Assembly: GCA_963667845.2 (NCBI GenBank)
Contig: CAXXVL010000001.1
Coordinates: 128,001-192,000 of the forward strand
Source of the DNA: Smithellaceae bacterium
GTDB taxonomy: Bacteria > Desulfobacterota > Syntrophia > Syntrophales > Smithellaceae
Reading direction: 5' to 3'
DNA length: 64,000 nt
The notes under the pieces: model-generated
The model's database searches: none
Seen by the model: the letters and a program-made list of their open reading frames with translations, nothing else
What the model was told of the DNA's origin: nothing
Program-made: the position numbers and the translations under genes
Part shown: positions 1 to 9,892 of the stretch, one piece after another
How positions within the stretch are numbered: the stretch's first letter is position 1
Layout: the number at the start of each line of letters is the position of its first letter

Positions 1-287
1 TTAAGGAGGCTATCCAGAAAATTGAACGGGAAGACGTCTTCTCTGCGGACGCCCAGCCAGATCTTTTCCAGTTCAGAAACTCCGCTGGGCGTTGGATTTC
101 CGCACAGGTATGCTGCATTAATGGCGCCCACAGACGTGCCGACAAAAAGATCCGGTGTGATTCCCTCTTCGAAAAGCGCCTTGACCATGCCGACCTGGAC
201 CGAGCCCAGTCCGCTGCCGCCGGAGAGCACAAAGGCCGTTTTCTTCTTTTGCGCTTTTTTGTTTTCGGAGATTTCTGGCATCGTCAT
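1..287 (-). CDS. Patatin-like phospholipase, N-terminal part (runs off the window edge; absent from the ORF track)
   Basis: Manual reverse translation from ATG 287 gives ...KTAFVLSGGSGLGSVQVGMVKALFEEGITPDLFVGTSVGAINAA, containing the patatin glycine-rich loop and the GxSxG nucleophile (GTSVG). Confidence 0.9.
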   Translation of the reverse strand, partial: MTMPEISENKKAQKKKTAFVLSGGSGLGSVQVGMVKALFEEGITPDLFVGTSVGAINAAYLCGNPTPSGVSELEKIWLGVRREDVFPFNFLDSLL

Positions 288-302
288 CACCGGGAAAAAT
301 AA

Positions 303-914
303 TCAGCCGACAAGTTTGGCAGTGATGACTGCCACATGCCGTCCCTGATAGCGCGCCGCCGCCAATTCATTAGCGCTGGGCATCCGCTCGCCCTGTCCGC
401 CGGCAATCGTCGATGCGCCGTAAGGCGATGAACCCGTGATCTCATCAATCCTCATCTGACCCTGAAAGGTATAAGGCAGACCGACAATGATCATGCCGTG
501 ATGCAGCAGGGTATTATGCGTGGACAGGATCGTGGTTTCCTGGCCGCCGTGCTGTGTTGCCGAACAGGTAAAAACACTGCCGACTTTACCCACGAGGGTT
601 CCCCTGATCCAGAGCGAGCCGGTCGAGTCGAGAAATGCCCGCATCTGGGCGCACATATTTCCGAACCGCGTCGGCGTCCCGAGAATAATCGCATCCGCCT
701 TTTCCAGATCATCGACCGTAGCGACCGGCAGATGCAGAAATTCCTTTTGCGCCGAAGCGATGCCTAGTTTCTCCAGCATACTCTGGTCGAGAAGCTCCGG
801 CACCCTTTTCAACTCGACATGCGCCCCCTCGACTTCCGTGACGCCTTCGGCGACGGCCTTGGCCATCTGGTAGATATGCCCGTATGCGGAATAAAAAATA
901 ACTGCGATTTTCAT
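303..914 (-). CDS. wrbA: NAD(P)H:quinone oxidoreductase WrbA (flavodoxin-like)
   Basis: [25 protein letters not shown] and GSSPYGAST motifs. Confidence 0.95.
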   Translation of the reverse strand: MKIAVIFYSAYGHIYQMAKAVAEGVTEVEGAHVELKRVPELLDQSMLEKLGIASAQKEFLHLPVATVDDLEKADAIILGTPTRFGNMCAQMRAFLDSTGSLWIRGTLVGKVGSVFTCSATQHGGQETTILSTHNTLLHHGMIIVGLPYTFQGQMRIDEITGSSPYGASTIAGGQGERMPSANELAAARYQGRHVAVITAKLVG

Positions 915-1236
915 GGTTTACCTCAAGTGTTTCACTGAATTTATTGGGACAATACGATGTCTTTTCTTTCTCGTGTAAACCGGCGTTAAAGTTACTGAGA
1001 CTGCGCGCAATCTACATTATTAATTAAAATAAGCATGCTTTTGTCCGTAAACAATGAAGATGCAGATTTTTTACAACCGGAATGATTAATTGTCGCGTGC
1101 CGGGCAGGCTCTGCCGGTTGATCTTTTTTCAAAAAAGAGGCAGCCGATGCATCCGTAATCGATTAGGATTTTTTTGCGGTAGTTCATAAAATTGTGTATA
1201 GGTTTTTTGAAGGAAGAGTCTCCGGAGTTGTCATAA

Positions 1237-2328
1237 ATGGAAAAGGTGGACATTACGATTATCGGTGCCGGTGTCATCGGGCTTGCTGTGGCGGCTAAGC
1301 TTGCCCGTCCGGACCGTCATGTCTTTATCCTGGAGAAGAATGAGACGCATGGCGGCGGTATCAGCTCGCGCAATAGTGAAGTCATTCACGCCGGTCTTTA
1401 TTACCCCGGGGGATCGTTAAAGGCGAGCCTGTGCGTTACCGGAAACCGGCTCCTTTATGAAGTCGCCGGCCGCTTTGGCATTCCCCATAAAAGAGTCGGC
1501 AAACTGGTCGTGGCGGCAAATTCGGCCGAAGGTGACGAGATCGAAAAACTGTGCGAGAACGGCCGCAAAAACGGCGCCGGGTCTTTGTCGCTGATCGGCA
1601 GGAGACAGCTTGCGCAATTGGAACCTCACGTTAAGGCCCAGGCGGCGCTTCTCTCGCCGGAAACCGGCATCATTGATACGCACGCCCTGATGAACTGTTT
1701 CCTCAGACAGGCCGAAGACAAAAAGGCCAGGCTGGTCTGCCGCACACGGGTGTCTCATATTGAACGGGAGTCTCCGGGGTGGCGGATCTTTGCCGAAGGC
1801 GACAGGGGCGATGCCTATGAGTTTTTGACGGCGATTGTCATCAATGCCGCCGGGCTTGCCTCCGACACCATCGCCAACATGGCCGGCGCGCACTATCAAC
1901 TGCATTACTGCAAAGGCGATTATTGCAGCCTCTCCGGTATCGGACCGGGACGGATCGGACGGCTGATCTATCCGGCGCCTGTGAAGAATCAGGCGGGCCT
2001 TGGTGTGCATCTGACGCCCGACTTGAACGGGCGATTCAGGCTGGGGCCGGACGCAACCTACGTCGAGCGCCGGGAGGAGTATGGCGTTTCCCCGGAGAAG
2101 GCGGCACTCTTTTATGAGCACGCCAGAAAATTTTTGCCTTTTTTGCAGCCGGAAAATGTTCACCCGGATATGGCCGGCATCCGCCCCAAATTGCAGGGTC
2201 CCGAGGACCCGTTCGCCGATTTTGTCATTCGCGAAGATGCGCCGGGGTTTATCAATCTCGTCGGTATTGAATCGCCGGGCCTCACCGCCTCGCCAGCCAT
2301 TGCCAGCTATGTCGAAAAAATGCTTTAG
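1237..2328 (+). CDS. FAD-dependent oxidoreductase, L-2-hydroxyglutarate oxidase (LhgO)/DAO family
   Basis: GAGVIG Rossmann motif, SSRNSEVIHAGLYY, GIRPKL and GIESPGLT. Confidence 0.88.
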   Translation: MEKVDITIIGAGVIGLAVAAKLARPDRHVFILEKNETHGGGISSRNSEVIHAGLYYPGGSLKASLCVTGNRLLYEVAGRFGIPHKRVGKLVVAANSAEGDEIEKLCENGRKNGAGSLSLIGRRQLAQLEPHVKAQAALLSPETGIIDTHALMNCFLRQAEDKKARLVCRTRVSHIERESPGWRIFAEGDRGDAYEFLTAIVINAAGLASDTIANMAGAHYQLHYCKGDYCSLSGIGPGRIGRLIYPAPVKNQAGLGVHLTPDLNGRFRLGPDATYVERREEYGVSPEKAALFYEHARKFLPFLQPENVHPDMAGIRPKLQGPEDPFADFVIREDAPGFINLVGIESPGLTASPAIASYVEKML

Positions 2329-2334
2329 GGATCG

Positions 2335-2369
2335 TGAACCTCGAACCTTGATCCTTGTACCTTGAACCT
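2335..2369. repeat. Degenerate heptamer tandem repeat (TGAACCT-like, 5 units)
   Basis: TGAACCT CGAACCT TGATCCT TGTACCT TGAACCT. Confidence 0.8.
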
Positions 2370-2381
2370 ATCTTTTTTATA

Positions 2382-2410
2382 TTGACACGCCATGGACCTT
2401 CCCCTATAAG
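2382..2410 (+). promoter_or_regulatory. Putative sigma70 promoter of the first liv-type operon
   Basis: TTGACA-17 nt-TATAAG, 40 nt upstream of ATG 2450. Confidence 0.65.
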
Positions 2411-2449
2411 CTTTGGCAAAATATTTAAATCAATGCGGGAGCCATTTTT

Positions 2450-3616
2450 ATGAAAAAAACAGTGATTTTAATCATTCTTTTGGTGACTCTTTCCCTTAGT
2501 GTTTTCGGCTGCGGCAAAGAGGATTCTTCCCAAATCAAAATAGGCTTGATTGCCGAACTGACGGGCGATATTCCGGCTGTCGGCGCCTCCTGCAAAAAAG
2601 CGGCGGACATGGCCGTGCAGGATGTGAACGACATGGGCGGCATTCAACTGGGCGACAAGAAATATAAAATAAAACTCATTGTCGAGGATAACGCCGGGAA
2701 AGCCGATCAATCGGCCTCCGCGGCGCAGAAGCTGATCACACAAAATAAGGTACTGGCGATTGTTGGTCCGAATGCCAGCCGCTATGCACTGCCCGCCGCC
2801 GAGATTGCCGAAACCAGCAAGGTGGTCCTCATCACCCCGTGGTCCACCACGCCGAAGGCGACGCTCGATTCCAAAACCAATGCTTCCAAAAGATATGTTT
2901 TCCGCGCCTGCTTCATCGATCCTTTCCAGGGAAGGGTGCTTGCCAAATTCGTTCTCGATGAACTAAAACTTACGAAAGCGGCGGTGCTCTATGATGTCGC
3001 CTCCGAATACAACAAAGGCATCGCCGAGATATTCAAGGATGTCTATGAGCAAAACGGCGGGAAGGTCGTCGCCTTTGAAACATACACGACCAACGACAAG
3101 GATTTTTCGTCGCAGCTCACAAAAATTAAAAGAGCCGCTCCGGACATCATTTTCCTGCCCAATTATTACAGCGAAATACCGCTGCAGATTCAGCAGGCGA
3201 AACGCCTGGGCATTACCGTGCCGTTTGTCGGCGCCGACGCCTGGGGCAGTTCCGAACTCATGAAGCTGTGCGGCAACGACTGCAACGGCTATTATTTCAG
3301 TACGCACTACGCCGCCGATGCCGCGACGGAGACGACCAAAAAATTCATCGCGGGCTACCGGGCCAAGTACGACGCGACGCCGGATGACGTAGCGGCCCTG
3401 ACCTATGATTCATTCGGACTTCTGTTTCAGGCACTGAAAACCGCCGGCAAGAACGACCGCCAGGCTCTCCGCGATGCGCTCGCGAAAATTCCCCAGTATG
3501 GCGGCGTGACGGGCAACATGCAATTCAAGGAAGGCTCGGGCGACCCGATCAAAAGCGCGGTGATTCTGAAGATCAAGGATGGGAAGTTTACCTGGTATGC
3601 CAACGCCAAACCCTGA
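2450..3616 (+). CDS. livK: HAAT/LivK-type ABC transporter substrate-binding lipoprotein
   Basis: Lipobox VFGC; IKIGLIAELTG, FRACFIDPFQG and DFSSQLTKIK motifs; directly upstream of livHMGF. Confidence 0.9.
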   Translation: MKKTVILIILLVTLSLSVFGCGKEDSSQIKIGLIAELTGDIPAVGASCKKAADMAVQDVNDMGGIQLGDKKYKIKLIVEDNAGKADQSASAAQKLITQNKVLAIVGPNASRYALPAAEIAETSKVVLITPWSTTPKATLDSKTNASKRYVFRACFIDPFQGRVLAKFVLDELKLTKAAVLYDVASEYNKGIAEIFKDVYEQNGGKVVAFETYTTNDKDFSSQLTKIKRAAPDIIFLPNYYSEIPLQIQQAKRLGITVPFVGADAWGSSELMKLCGNDCNGYYFSTHYAADAATETTKKFIAGYRAKYDATPDDVAALTYDSFGLLFQALKTAGKNDRQALRDALAKIPQYGGVTGNMQFKEGSGDPIKSAVILKIKDGKFTWYANAKP

Positions 3617-3739
3617 CGGCTCGTTAAAATACCCACATACTGCGTTGCGCTTCAGCATTTAGTCACTGCGGCCTACACAAGTAGGCCTCATTCCTAAAGC
3701 TTCGCGCGCCTTGTCTCCGGGCATTTTCTCCAAGCCGTC
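3615..3739. mobile_element. 125-bp palindromic MITE/REP-like element
   Basis: Terminal inverted repeat GACGGC...GCCGTC and internal hairpin GGCCTAC-acaa-GTAGGCC; the left end overlaps the livK TGA stop. Confidence 0.6.
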
Positions 3740-3791
3740 TCCAAGGTGTTGTTCCCGCAGGGCGGGAATACAGTTCACTGAGGTAGGGGAT

Positions 3792-3822
3792 GGTTAAGGC
3801 CGCTCCGCGTGCGGCCTTAACC
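3792..3822 (+). terminator. Intercistronic hairpin between livK and livH
   Basis: GGTTAAGGCCGC-7 nt-GCGGCCTTAACC, a perfect 12-bp stem. Confidence 0.6.
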
Positions 3823-3845
3823 TCCCTCTTTTATTATGGAAATTT

Positions 3846-4721
3846 ATGGCTTATATTTTTCAACAGACTCTTAATGCCTTGCAGCTGGGCAGCATTTACG
3901 CGCTCATCGCCCTGGGCTACACGATGGTTTACGGCATCCTGACGATGATCAACTTCGCCCACGGCGATTTGTTCATGGTCGGGGCATTCTTCTGTTTTCT
4001 CATCGCCGTTTATCTCCATCTGTCCTTTGTCCCGACGCTGCTTTTATCCATGCTGGGCGTGGCCTTTCTGGGCGTGCTCATCGAACGGCTGGCCTATAAA
4101 CCGCTGCGCAATGCTCCGCGCGTTTCCGCCATTATCACCGCTCTGGGCGTCGGACTTTTTCTGGAGAATTTCACGCTGGCGCTTTCGCCTTATCCCAAGC
4201 ACATTCCGCCGCTTCTGGAAAATGTCACGTGGACGGTCGGCTCGCTTTCCATTTCTTCTCTGCAGATCATTGTGATCGTCCTATCGCTTTGCCTGATGCT
4301 GATTCTGGATTTCGTCGTGCAGCACACCAAGGCAGGCATGGCCATGCGCGCCATTTCCTGGGACAAGTCCATTGTCCCGCTGATGGGTGTGTCGGTGAAT
4401 AAAATCATCTCTCTTACGTTTGCCATCGGCACGGGCCTGGGCGGCGCGGCCGGCGTGATGTATGGTCTGGCCTACCCGGTGATCGATCCCTACATGGGCA
4501 TCATGGTCGGCTGGAAAGCATTCATTTGCGCCGTGGTGGGTGGCATCGGCAATATCCGCGGCGCGATGATCGGCGGCTTCATTCTGGGTGCGGTGGAAAT
4601 TATGGTTGCCGCGTTTCTGCCTTCCACCTACCGCGATTTTGTGGCCTTCACGCTGCTCCTCATCCTTCTGATCCTGAGGCCTTACGGCATTCTGGGCAAG
4701 CCGCACCCGCAAAAGGTTTAG
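3846..4721 (+). CDS. livH: Branched-chain amino acid-type ABC permease LivH
   Basis: GSIYALIALGYTMVYGIL.INFAHG and GGIGNIRGA motifs; hydrophobic protein. Confidence 0.93.
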   Translation: MAYIFQQTLNALQLGSIYALIALGYTMVYGILTMINFAHGDLFMVGAFFCFLIAVYLHLSFVPTLLLSMLGVAFLGVLIERLAYKPLRNAPRVSAIITALGVGLFLENFTLALSPYPKHIPPLLENVTWTVGSLSISSLQIIVIVLSLCLMLILDFVVQHTKAGMAMRAISWDKSIVPLMGVSVNKIISLTFAIGTGLGGAAGVMYGLAYPVIDPYMGIMVGWKAFICAVVGGIGNIRGAMIGGFILGAVEIMVAAFLPSTYRDFVAFTLLLILLILRPYGILGKPHPQKV

Positions 4722-4723
4722 TG

Positions 4724-5767
4724 ATGTCCTCAATCAAAACCGCATATCATCGGCTCGTCAAACACTGGCATACGCTTACCGGCTACAGGTTTTTCTGGCC
4801 GGTCTTCGTGCTGTCCGGTCTGGCCTTTTGCATCGCCGTCGACCAATTCGAATTTCTGGATTTATACCTGCAGCTGATTTTGATTTATGTGGGCATCAAC
4901 ATCATTCTCACCGTCAGCTTGAATCTGATCAACGGTTACATGGGCGAATTTTCCGTGGGGCACGCGGGCTTCATGGCCGTGGGTGCATATATTGCCTCCC
5001 TGCTGACCGTTTACGTATTTCCGGCGGGTGCTCCTGAGCTGCTTTTCCCACTGGCGATTCTGGCGGGCGGCGTCGGTGCGGCGGCAATCGGTTTCCTGGT
5101 CGCCATCCCCTCTTTTAAAACACGCGGTGATTACCTGGCCATTGTCACCCTGGCCTTCTGCATGATTGTCAAATCCGTCCTGGAAAACATTGATGCCGTC
5201 GGCGGGCCGCGCGGGCTTCTGGGCATGGAAAAGCTCACGACGCTGCCGTGGGTGTTCTTCTGGACCGCTCTTTCCGTCTGGGTGATCCGCAATCTGGTTT
5301 ATTCCAATTTCGGGCGCGGCGTGTTGTCTGTCCGGGAAGATGAAATCGCCAGCGACCTGATGAGCGTCAATACACGGCAGGTCAAAATTATCGCCTTTGT
5401 TGTCTCATCGTTCTTTGCGGGCATTGCCGGGGGCCTCTTCGCCCATGCGCTGCAGTTCATCAACCCCCGCATGTTCGACATCATCAAATCCACCGATATC
5501 CTCATCATGGTTTACTTAGGCGGCGTCGCGTCTATTTCCGGTTCGATTGTCGGCGCGGTCATTTATACGATCCTGCTGGAAATCCTGCGGCCGATGGGCA
5601 TCTGGCGTATGGTGTTTATGCCGCTCATGCTGGTGCTCCTCATGATTTACCGTCCGCGCGGCATTATGGGTTTGAAGGAAGCCCGCCTGTTTGAGCCGCT
5701 TCGCGATCTGGTGACCCAGAAACTGTGGCGGCAAAAGAAAAAGGAGGCTCCGGATGCCGCTGATTGA
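4724..5767 (+). CDS. livM: ABC permease LivM (start placed at ATG 4724, not 4526)
   Basis: SLNLINGYMGEFSVGHAGF, RGDYLAIVTLAF and REDEIAS motifs. Confidence 0.92.
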   Translation: MSSIKTAYHRLVKHWHTLTGYRFFWPVFVLSGLAFCIAVDQFEFLDLYLQLILIYVGINIILTVSLNLINGYMGEFSVGHAGFMAVGAYIASLLTVYVFPAGAPELLFPLAILAGGVGAAAIGFLVAIPSFKTRGDYLAIVTLAFCMIVKSVLENIDAVGGPRGLLGMEKLTTLPWVFFWTALSVWVIRNLVYSNFGRGVLSVREDEIASDLMSVNTRQVKIIAFVVSSFFAGIAGGLFAHALQFINPRMFDIIKSTDILIMVYLGGVASISGSIVGAVIYTILLEILRPMGIWRMVFMPLMLVLLMIYRPRGIMGLKEARLFEPLRDLVTQKLWRQKKKEAPDAAD

Positions 5768-6524
5768 AATATCCAAACTCACGCACCGCTTCGCGGGCCT
5801 TTGCGCCGTATCTGATTTCAATCTGGTTGTTGAACCGCATGAACTCGTCGGCATTATCGGACCCAACGGGGCGGGAAAGACAACCGTCTTCAACCTGATC
5901 ACCGGCGTCTACCGGGCGACAGAAGGCAGCATTAAACTGGACGGCCGGGAGCTCGTGGGCCTTACACCTCATCGAATCACCCGTCTGGGCATCGCCCGCA
6001 CCTTTCAGAACATCCGCCTCTTCAAGGAACTTTCCGTGCTGGATAACGTCCGCATCGCTTACTACGGCCAGATTGCCTACACGCCGGCCGAGGCACTTCT
6101 GCACATCGGGCGGTTCCGCGCCGAAGAACGGCGCATCACAACCCGGGCGCTGGATTTACTCTCTGCCTTCAAGCTCGATGAGTCCGCGAATGAAAAAGCC
6201 AGAAACCTGTCTTACGGGCTGCAGCGCCGCCTGGAGATTGCCCGGGCTCTGGCGACCGGGCCTCAGCTTCTCCTTCTGGATGAGCCGGCCGCCGGTATGA
6301 ATCCCAATGAAATCATTCAGCTCATGGAGTTCATTCGCTGGATCCGCAAGACGTTCTCCGTCACCATCATTCTGATTGAACATCAGATGCGGCTGGTGAT
6401 GGGCATTTGTGAACGTCTGGTCGTGCTGGATTTCGGCGCCACGATCGCCCAAGGCCTGCCTGCACAGATTCAGACAAATTCCAAAGTGCTGGAAGCCTAT
6501 CTGGGTGTGGAGGTCGCATCATGA
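5754..6524 (+). CDS. livG: ABC ATP-binding protein LivG
   Basis: GPNGAGKT, RTFQNIRLF, LSYG and LLLDEPAAG motifs. Confidence 0.95.
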   Translation: MPLIEISKLTHRFAGLCAVSDFNLVVEPHELVGIIGPNGAGKTTVFNLITGVYRATEGSIKLDGRELVGLTPHRITRLGIARTFQNIRLFKELSVLDNVRIAYYGQIAYTPAEALLHIGRFRAEERRITTRALDLLSAFKLDESANEKARNLSYGLQRRLEIARALATGPQLLLLDEPAAGMNPNEIIQLMEFIRWIRKTFSVTIILIEHQMRLVMGICERLVVLDFGATIAQGLPAQIQTNSKVLEAYLGVEVAS

Positions 6525-7240
6525 ACCATCCCGACCTTCTGCTTTCGGTTGCCAACCTGAGCGTTTTCTATGACAGCATCAAAGCGGTTAACGATATTTC
6601 CTTTGAAGTGGCGCGCGGTGAAATTGTCACGCTCATCGGCGCCAACGGCGCGGGGAAATCATCCATCCTGCGGGCCATCTCCGGCATGATCCCTTACGGG
6701 GGCAGCATTTCCTATGCGGGGAAAGATTTGAAAAACATCGCCGCCGATCAGATCGTCGCCGCGGGAATCGCCCATGTTCCGGAAGGCCGCGGTATTTTCG
6801 GCAACCTTACGGTGATGGAAAATCTCCGGCTCGCCTGCTGGCAGCGCAAGGACAAAGCAAAAATTGCCGCTGATCTGAAACATGTCTTTGAACTCTTTCC
6901 CCGTATGCAGGAGCGAGGCAGGCAATTGGCTGGCATGCTTTCCGGCGGCGAACAGCAAATGCTGGCGGTGGGGCGGGCGCTCATGACCGATGCCCGGATG
7001 CTCTTGCTCGACGAACCGTCCATGGGGCTCTCACCCGTTCTGGTGCGGGATATTTTCAAGATCATCCGCGAAATCAATCAGGCGGGGAAGACCATTCTGC
7101 TCGTGGAACAAAACGCGAACATGTCGCTCTCCATCGCTTCCCGGGGCTACGTTCTGGAAACCGGAAGCATCGTGCTTTCCGGAGCGGGCAAAGAACTGAC
7201 CGGTAATCCCCGCGTCAGGGAAGCCTACCTCGGCGGGTAG
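6521..7240 (+). CDS. livF: ABC ATP-binding protein LivF
   Basis: GANGAGKS, VPEGRGIF, LSGGEQQM and LLVEQNA motifs. Confidence 0.95.
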   Translation: MNHPDLLLSVANLSVFYDSIKAVNDISFEVARGEIVTLIGANGAGKSSILRAISGMIPYGGSISYAGKDLKNIAADQIVAAGIAHVPEGRGIFGNLTVMENLRLACWQRKDKAKIAADLKHVFELFPRMQERGRQLAGMLSGGEQQMLAVGRALMTDARMLLLDEPSMGLSPVLVRDIFKIIREINQAGKTILLVEQNANMSLSIASRGYVLETGSIVLSGAGKELTGNPRVREAYLGG

Positions 7241-7337
7241 ACGTTGTGGCGGCAGCGATTGAAAAAAATGCAGTCGGACCGCAACCGAAACAATCGCGAG
7301 AGGTGAGGCGGATGAGGACAGCGGCTGCGAGGCAACA

Positions 7338-8303
7338 TTAATCCACTTTTTTCCAAGTCGCATCAGGATTGTAGCTCGTCATCGCCTCGGCGATCTTTTT
7401 CGAATTCTTGCCCAGATCTTTCTGATAGACAATGTCGTCCCTGTTCACGATAAAAGTTGTTATCCCGGACACACCGTAAACAGCCGGATAGGCAACAAGA
7501 GCGAACCCGCCGATCATTTTCTTATCCACGACATAATCGTAAGCGCCGCCCGGTGCATCTTTTCCCTGGCTTTTGAGAATCTTGTAATAGTAACCGTGGT
7601 AAGGTGCGAGTTCCGTTCCGGGCAGTTTCGTGAAGGTCATTTCCTCTTCGCAGGCGGAAGCGACAAGAGGTCCGAGGAGGCTTGGTTGTTCGCCGTCTTC
7701 CGTCGTCCAGCAAAGTCCGTTTTTCTTTCCCGGTTCGCTCGCCAACCGCTGGGCATATTCGCTGATGCCGCCCGCGGTATGCTGACTTGCATACTCCAGT
7801 TGCGCATCAACATAGGCAAGACATACCTGAACGGCGGCGACTTCATTTTTGCCGATTCTGCGCGCAGTGATTTCTTTTATTCCCGCCGGGGTATTGAAAT
7901 GCCAGCGACTGCCTGCTTTGACCACCGGAACCGGCCAGGGCCAGTCCTTTTCGCCCACATGCAAAATCACCTTGTTTGCTCCGGCCTTCTCCAGCCTGTG
8001 CTTTTCCCGATAAGCCTTTAAAAATCCTTCCCGGGTGTCGGCGTCGTCTTCACCGTCAGCCGGAAAGATATCTTTTGCTCCGGGTCCAAACAGGGAGGTC
8101 AGTTGTTTTGCGTCTTTATTCTGAACGGAGGCAATCAGCATGTCGAAGGCTTCTTCCGGTGATGCAAACGTTTTCTGAGTCATTCTGGCCGCCTGAGCTG
8201 CCCCGCCGAAAAGGACGATAAGCGCGGTGGTAACGATGATGGAAAAAGTCGCCACTCTGATCATATTGATTCTTCTTTTTCGCATAAAGATCATCATTGT
8301 CAT
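7338..8303 (-). CDS. DUF2950 family exported protein
   Basis: Signal peptide; FASPEEA, WPWPVP, RRIGKNE, PYHGYYYKIL and GFALVAYPA.YG.SGITTF motifs. Confidence 0.88.
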   Translation of the reverse strand: MTMMIFMRKRRINMIRVATFSIIVTTALIVLFGGAAQAARMTQKTFASPEEAFDMLIASVQNKDAKQLTSLFGPGAKDIFPADGEDDADTREGFLKAYREKHRLEKAGANKVILHVGEKDWPWPVPVVKAGSRWHFNTPAGIKEITARRIGKNEVAAVQVCLAYVDAQLEYASQHTAGGISEYAQRLASEPGKKNGLCWTTEDGEQPSLLGPLVASACEEEMTFTKLPGTELAPYHGYYYKILKSQGKDAPGGAYDYVVDKKMIGGFALVAYPAVYGVSGITTFIVNRDDIVYQKDLGKNSKKIAEAMTSYNPDATWKKVD

Positions 8304-8340
8304 TCCTCCGTCCGTCGATACTCAATTCTGGATACCTCAT

Positions 8341-9621
8341 TCATCGTCTCTGGCCCCCGCCATGCGGGGCGCCGCCGCCATGAAATCCTCCTCCGCCCTG
8401 AATCCCTCTTGAGCCTCCGAAGGTCCCACCCATGCTGTTGAACCCGCGGTCCCTCTGCTGCGTCACTTCCCGGCCGCTCGATCCGAAACCTTCAAAGGCA
8501 TTGTTGCGCTGGGCGGGTGCGGATGGTCTGGCCGAGAATGACGGTGCGCTGCTCTTAGGCTGCATGTCCCGCCGCTCCATCCGGGATCCTGAAGGCTGTT
8601 CAAATGGTCTTGTCCTTGGGCTCTCCGTCCGCGGCTGCGTCGTCATCGGACGTCCCCTTTCCGGTCTTCCCTGCGGAACCGTGCCGATGCCCGGCCCCTT
8701 TCTTTCGGTACCAAAGCCGCGGAAAGACCGGCGCGCCTCAACTCCTGAGCGCGGCATCTGGCCGAACCTGCGGCCGATGTCAGGACTGCGGTACTCTATG
8801 CCGCGGCGATGAACCGGGTTGTGCCTCCAGGTCTCCGAGCCGCCGTGCATTCCCGTAATCGGGGGTCTGTTAAATCCCAGGGTTCTGTGGAAGTCGACAA
8901 ATATCTCATGCCGATGCCAGTGGAAACCGCACCAGGGGCCGAACGAACCGAAAAATATCGGCGGGCCGAAAAAGAAGCCGGGGCCGATGACAATACTGGG
9001 GTACCAGAACCATAAGGGAGCGCATGCCGGGTACCACCAGGGACCGTAAACCCAGCAGGGGTCGTATGCAGGGACATAAATAACGTCGGGACGGGCCGGT
9101 TCGATGATAATGGATCCATTATCGGTTGTCACCCTTTCCCTGTCGGTTGAGGAAAGATTGCCCTGGGTCTGAGCTTTGGCCCGCAGGCTCTGGATCGTAT
9201 CCATAACCTGGTCCTGCTGGCTAAGAAATGCATTGCCCAGGTCGTTGGTCAGCTGCAGATTGTCGCTCATCGTCGCCAGCACCTTCGGGTAATGACAGAG
9301 CGATTTTACACTGACGTCCCAGGATTTGTCCCGAAGCGCCTCATCGAATGCCTCCGGGGTCAATCCCTGGTTTCTTTGCAGCCAGCGGTCAGCCTCAACC
9401 ACTTCCAGCGGATAGGTCGATGCCATCAGAATCTGCGAGAGCAGCGCATCCGGATACAGAGCGATGGGGGCAAGAAACCTGTCGAGTTCTTCCTGGGAAT
9501 AAACCCTTGCCTGCGGTGCGGACGCACTCGCGTCGTCAGTCTGTGCCGTGAGCGCTGCAGGCAGAATCAGCGAAAGCACCAACATCAATACGGTTGCCTT
9601 GAAACAATTTTTCATCTTCAT
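8341..9621 (-). CDS. DUF3300 domain exported protein with an Arg/Gly-rich disordered tail
   Basis: LAPIALYPD.LL.QILMASTYP, WD.SVKSL and IYVP.YDP motifs; usual neighbour of DUF2950. Confidence 0.9.
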   Translation of the reverse strand: MKMKNCFKATVLMLVLSLILPAALTAQTDDASASAPQARVYSQEELDRFLAPIALYPDALLSQILMASTYPLEVVEADRWLQRNQGLTPEAFDEALRDKSWDVSVKSLCHYPKVLATMSDNLQLTNDLGNAFLSQQDQVMDTIQSLRAKAQTQGNLSSTDRERVTTDNGSIIIEPARPDVIYVPAYDPCWVYGPWWYPACAPLWFWYPSIVIGPGFFFGPPIFFGSFGPWCGFHWHRHEIFVDFHRTLGFNRPPITGMHGGSETWRHNPVHRRGIEYRSPDIGRRFGQMPRSGVEARRSFRGFGTERKGPGIGTVPQGRPERGRPMTTQPRTESPRTRPFEQPSGSRMERRDMQPKSSAPSFSARPSAPAQRNNAFEGFGSSGREVTQQRDRGFNSMGGTFGGSRGIQGGGGFHGGGAPHGGGQRR

Positions 9622-9892
9622 TTTGTTTTACCTCGTTATTCGGTATGAAGGATCTGTTAAAATGAACAACCGAAACGAATGCAAATGATTGTCGCCCACA
9701 GACGGATCCAATCATTCATTCAAAATTAACGTTATCAGAACCCATTTTGCAACAATAGTTAAATGGAAGAATAATGGTAGCCGATATCTATGGGCATTAA
9801 TTACCGAAAAGCACAGGGAAAAAGAATTATTGCGGGATAAGGCCATGGGATACCGTGAGCGGCTCACGGGTGGCAACTGACTGTTTATCTTG

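Noticed and set aside
22..348. 108-aa plus-strand ORF
   Set aside because: Antisense shadow of the patatin gene on the minus strand.
4526..4723. N-terminal extension of the livM ORF
   Set aside because: Overlaps livH by about 200 nt and is not LivM-like; ATG 4724 directly follows the livH stop.
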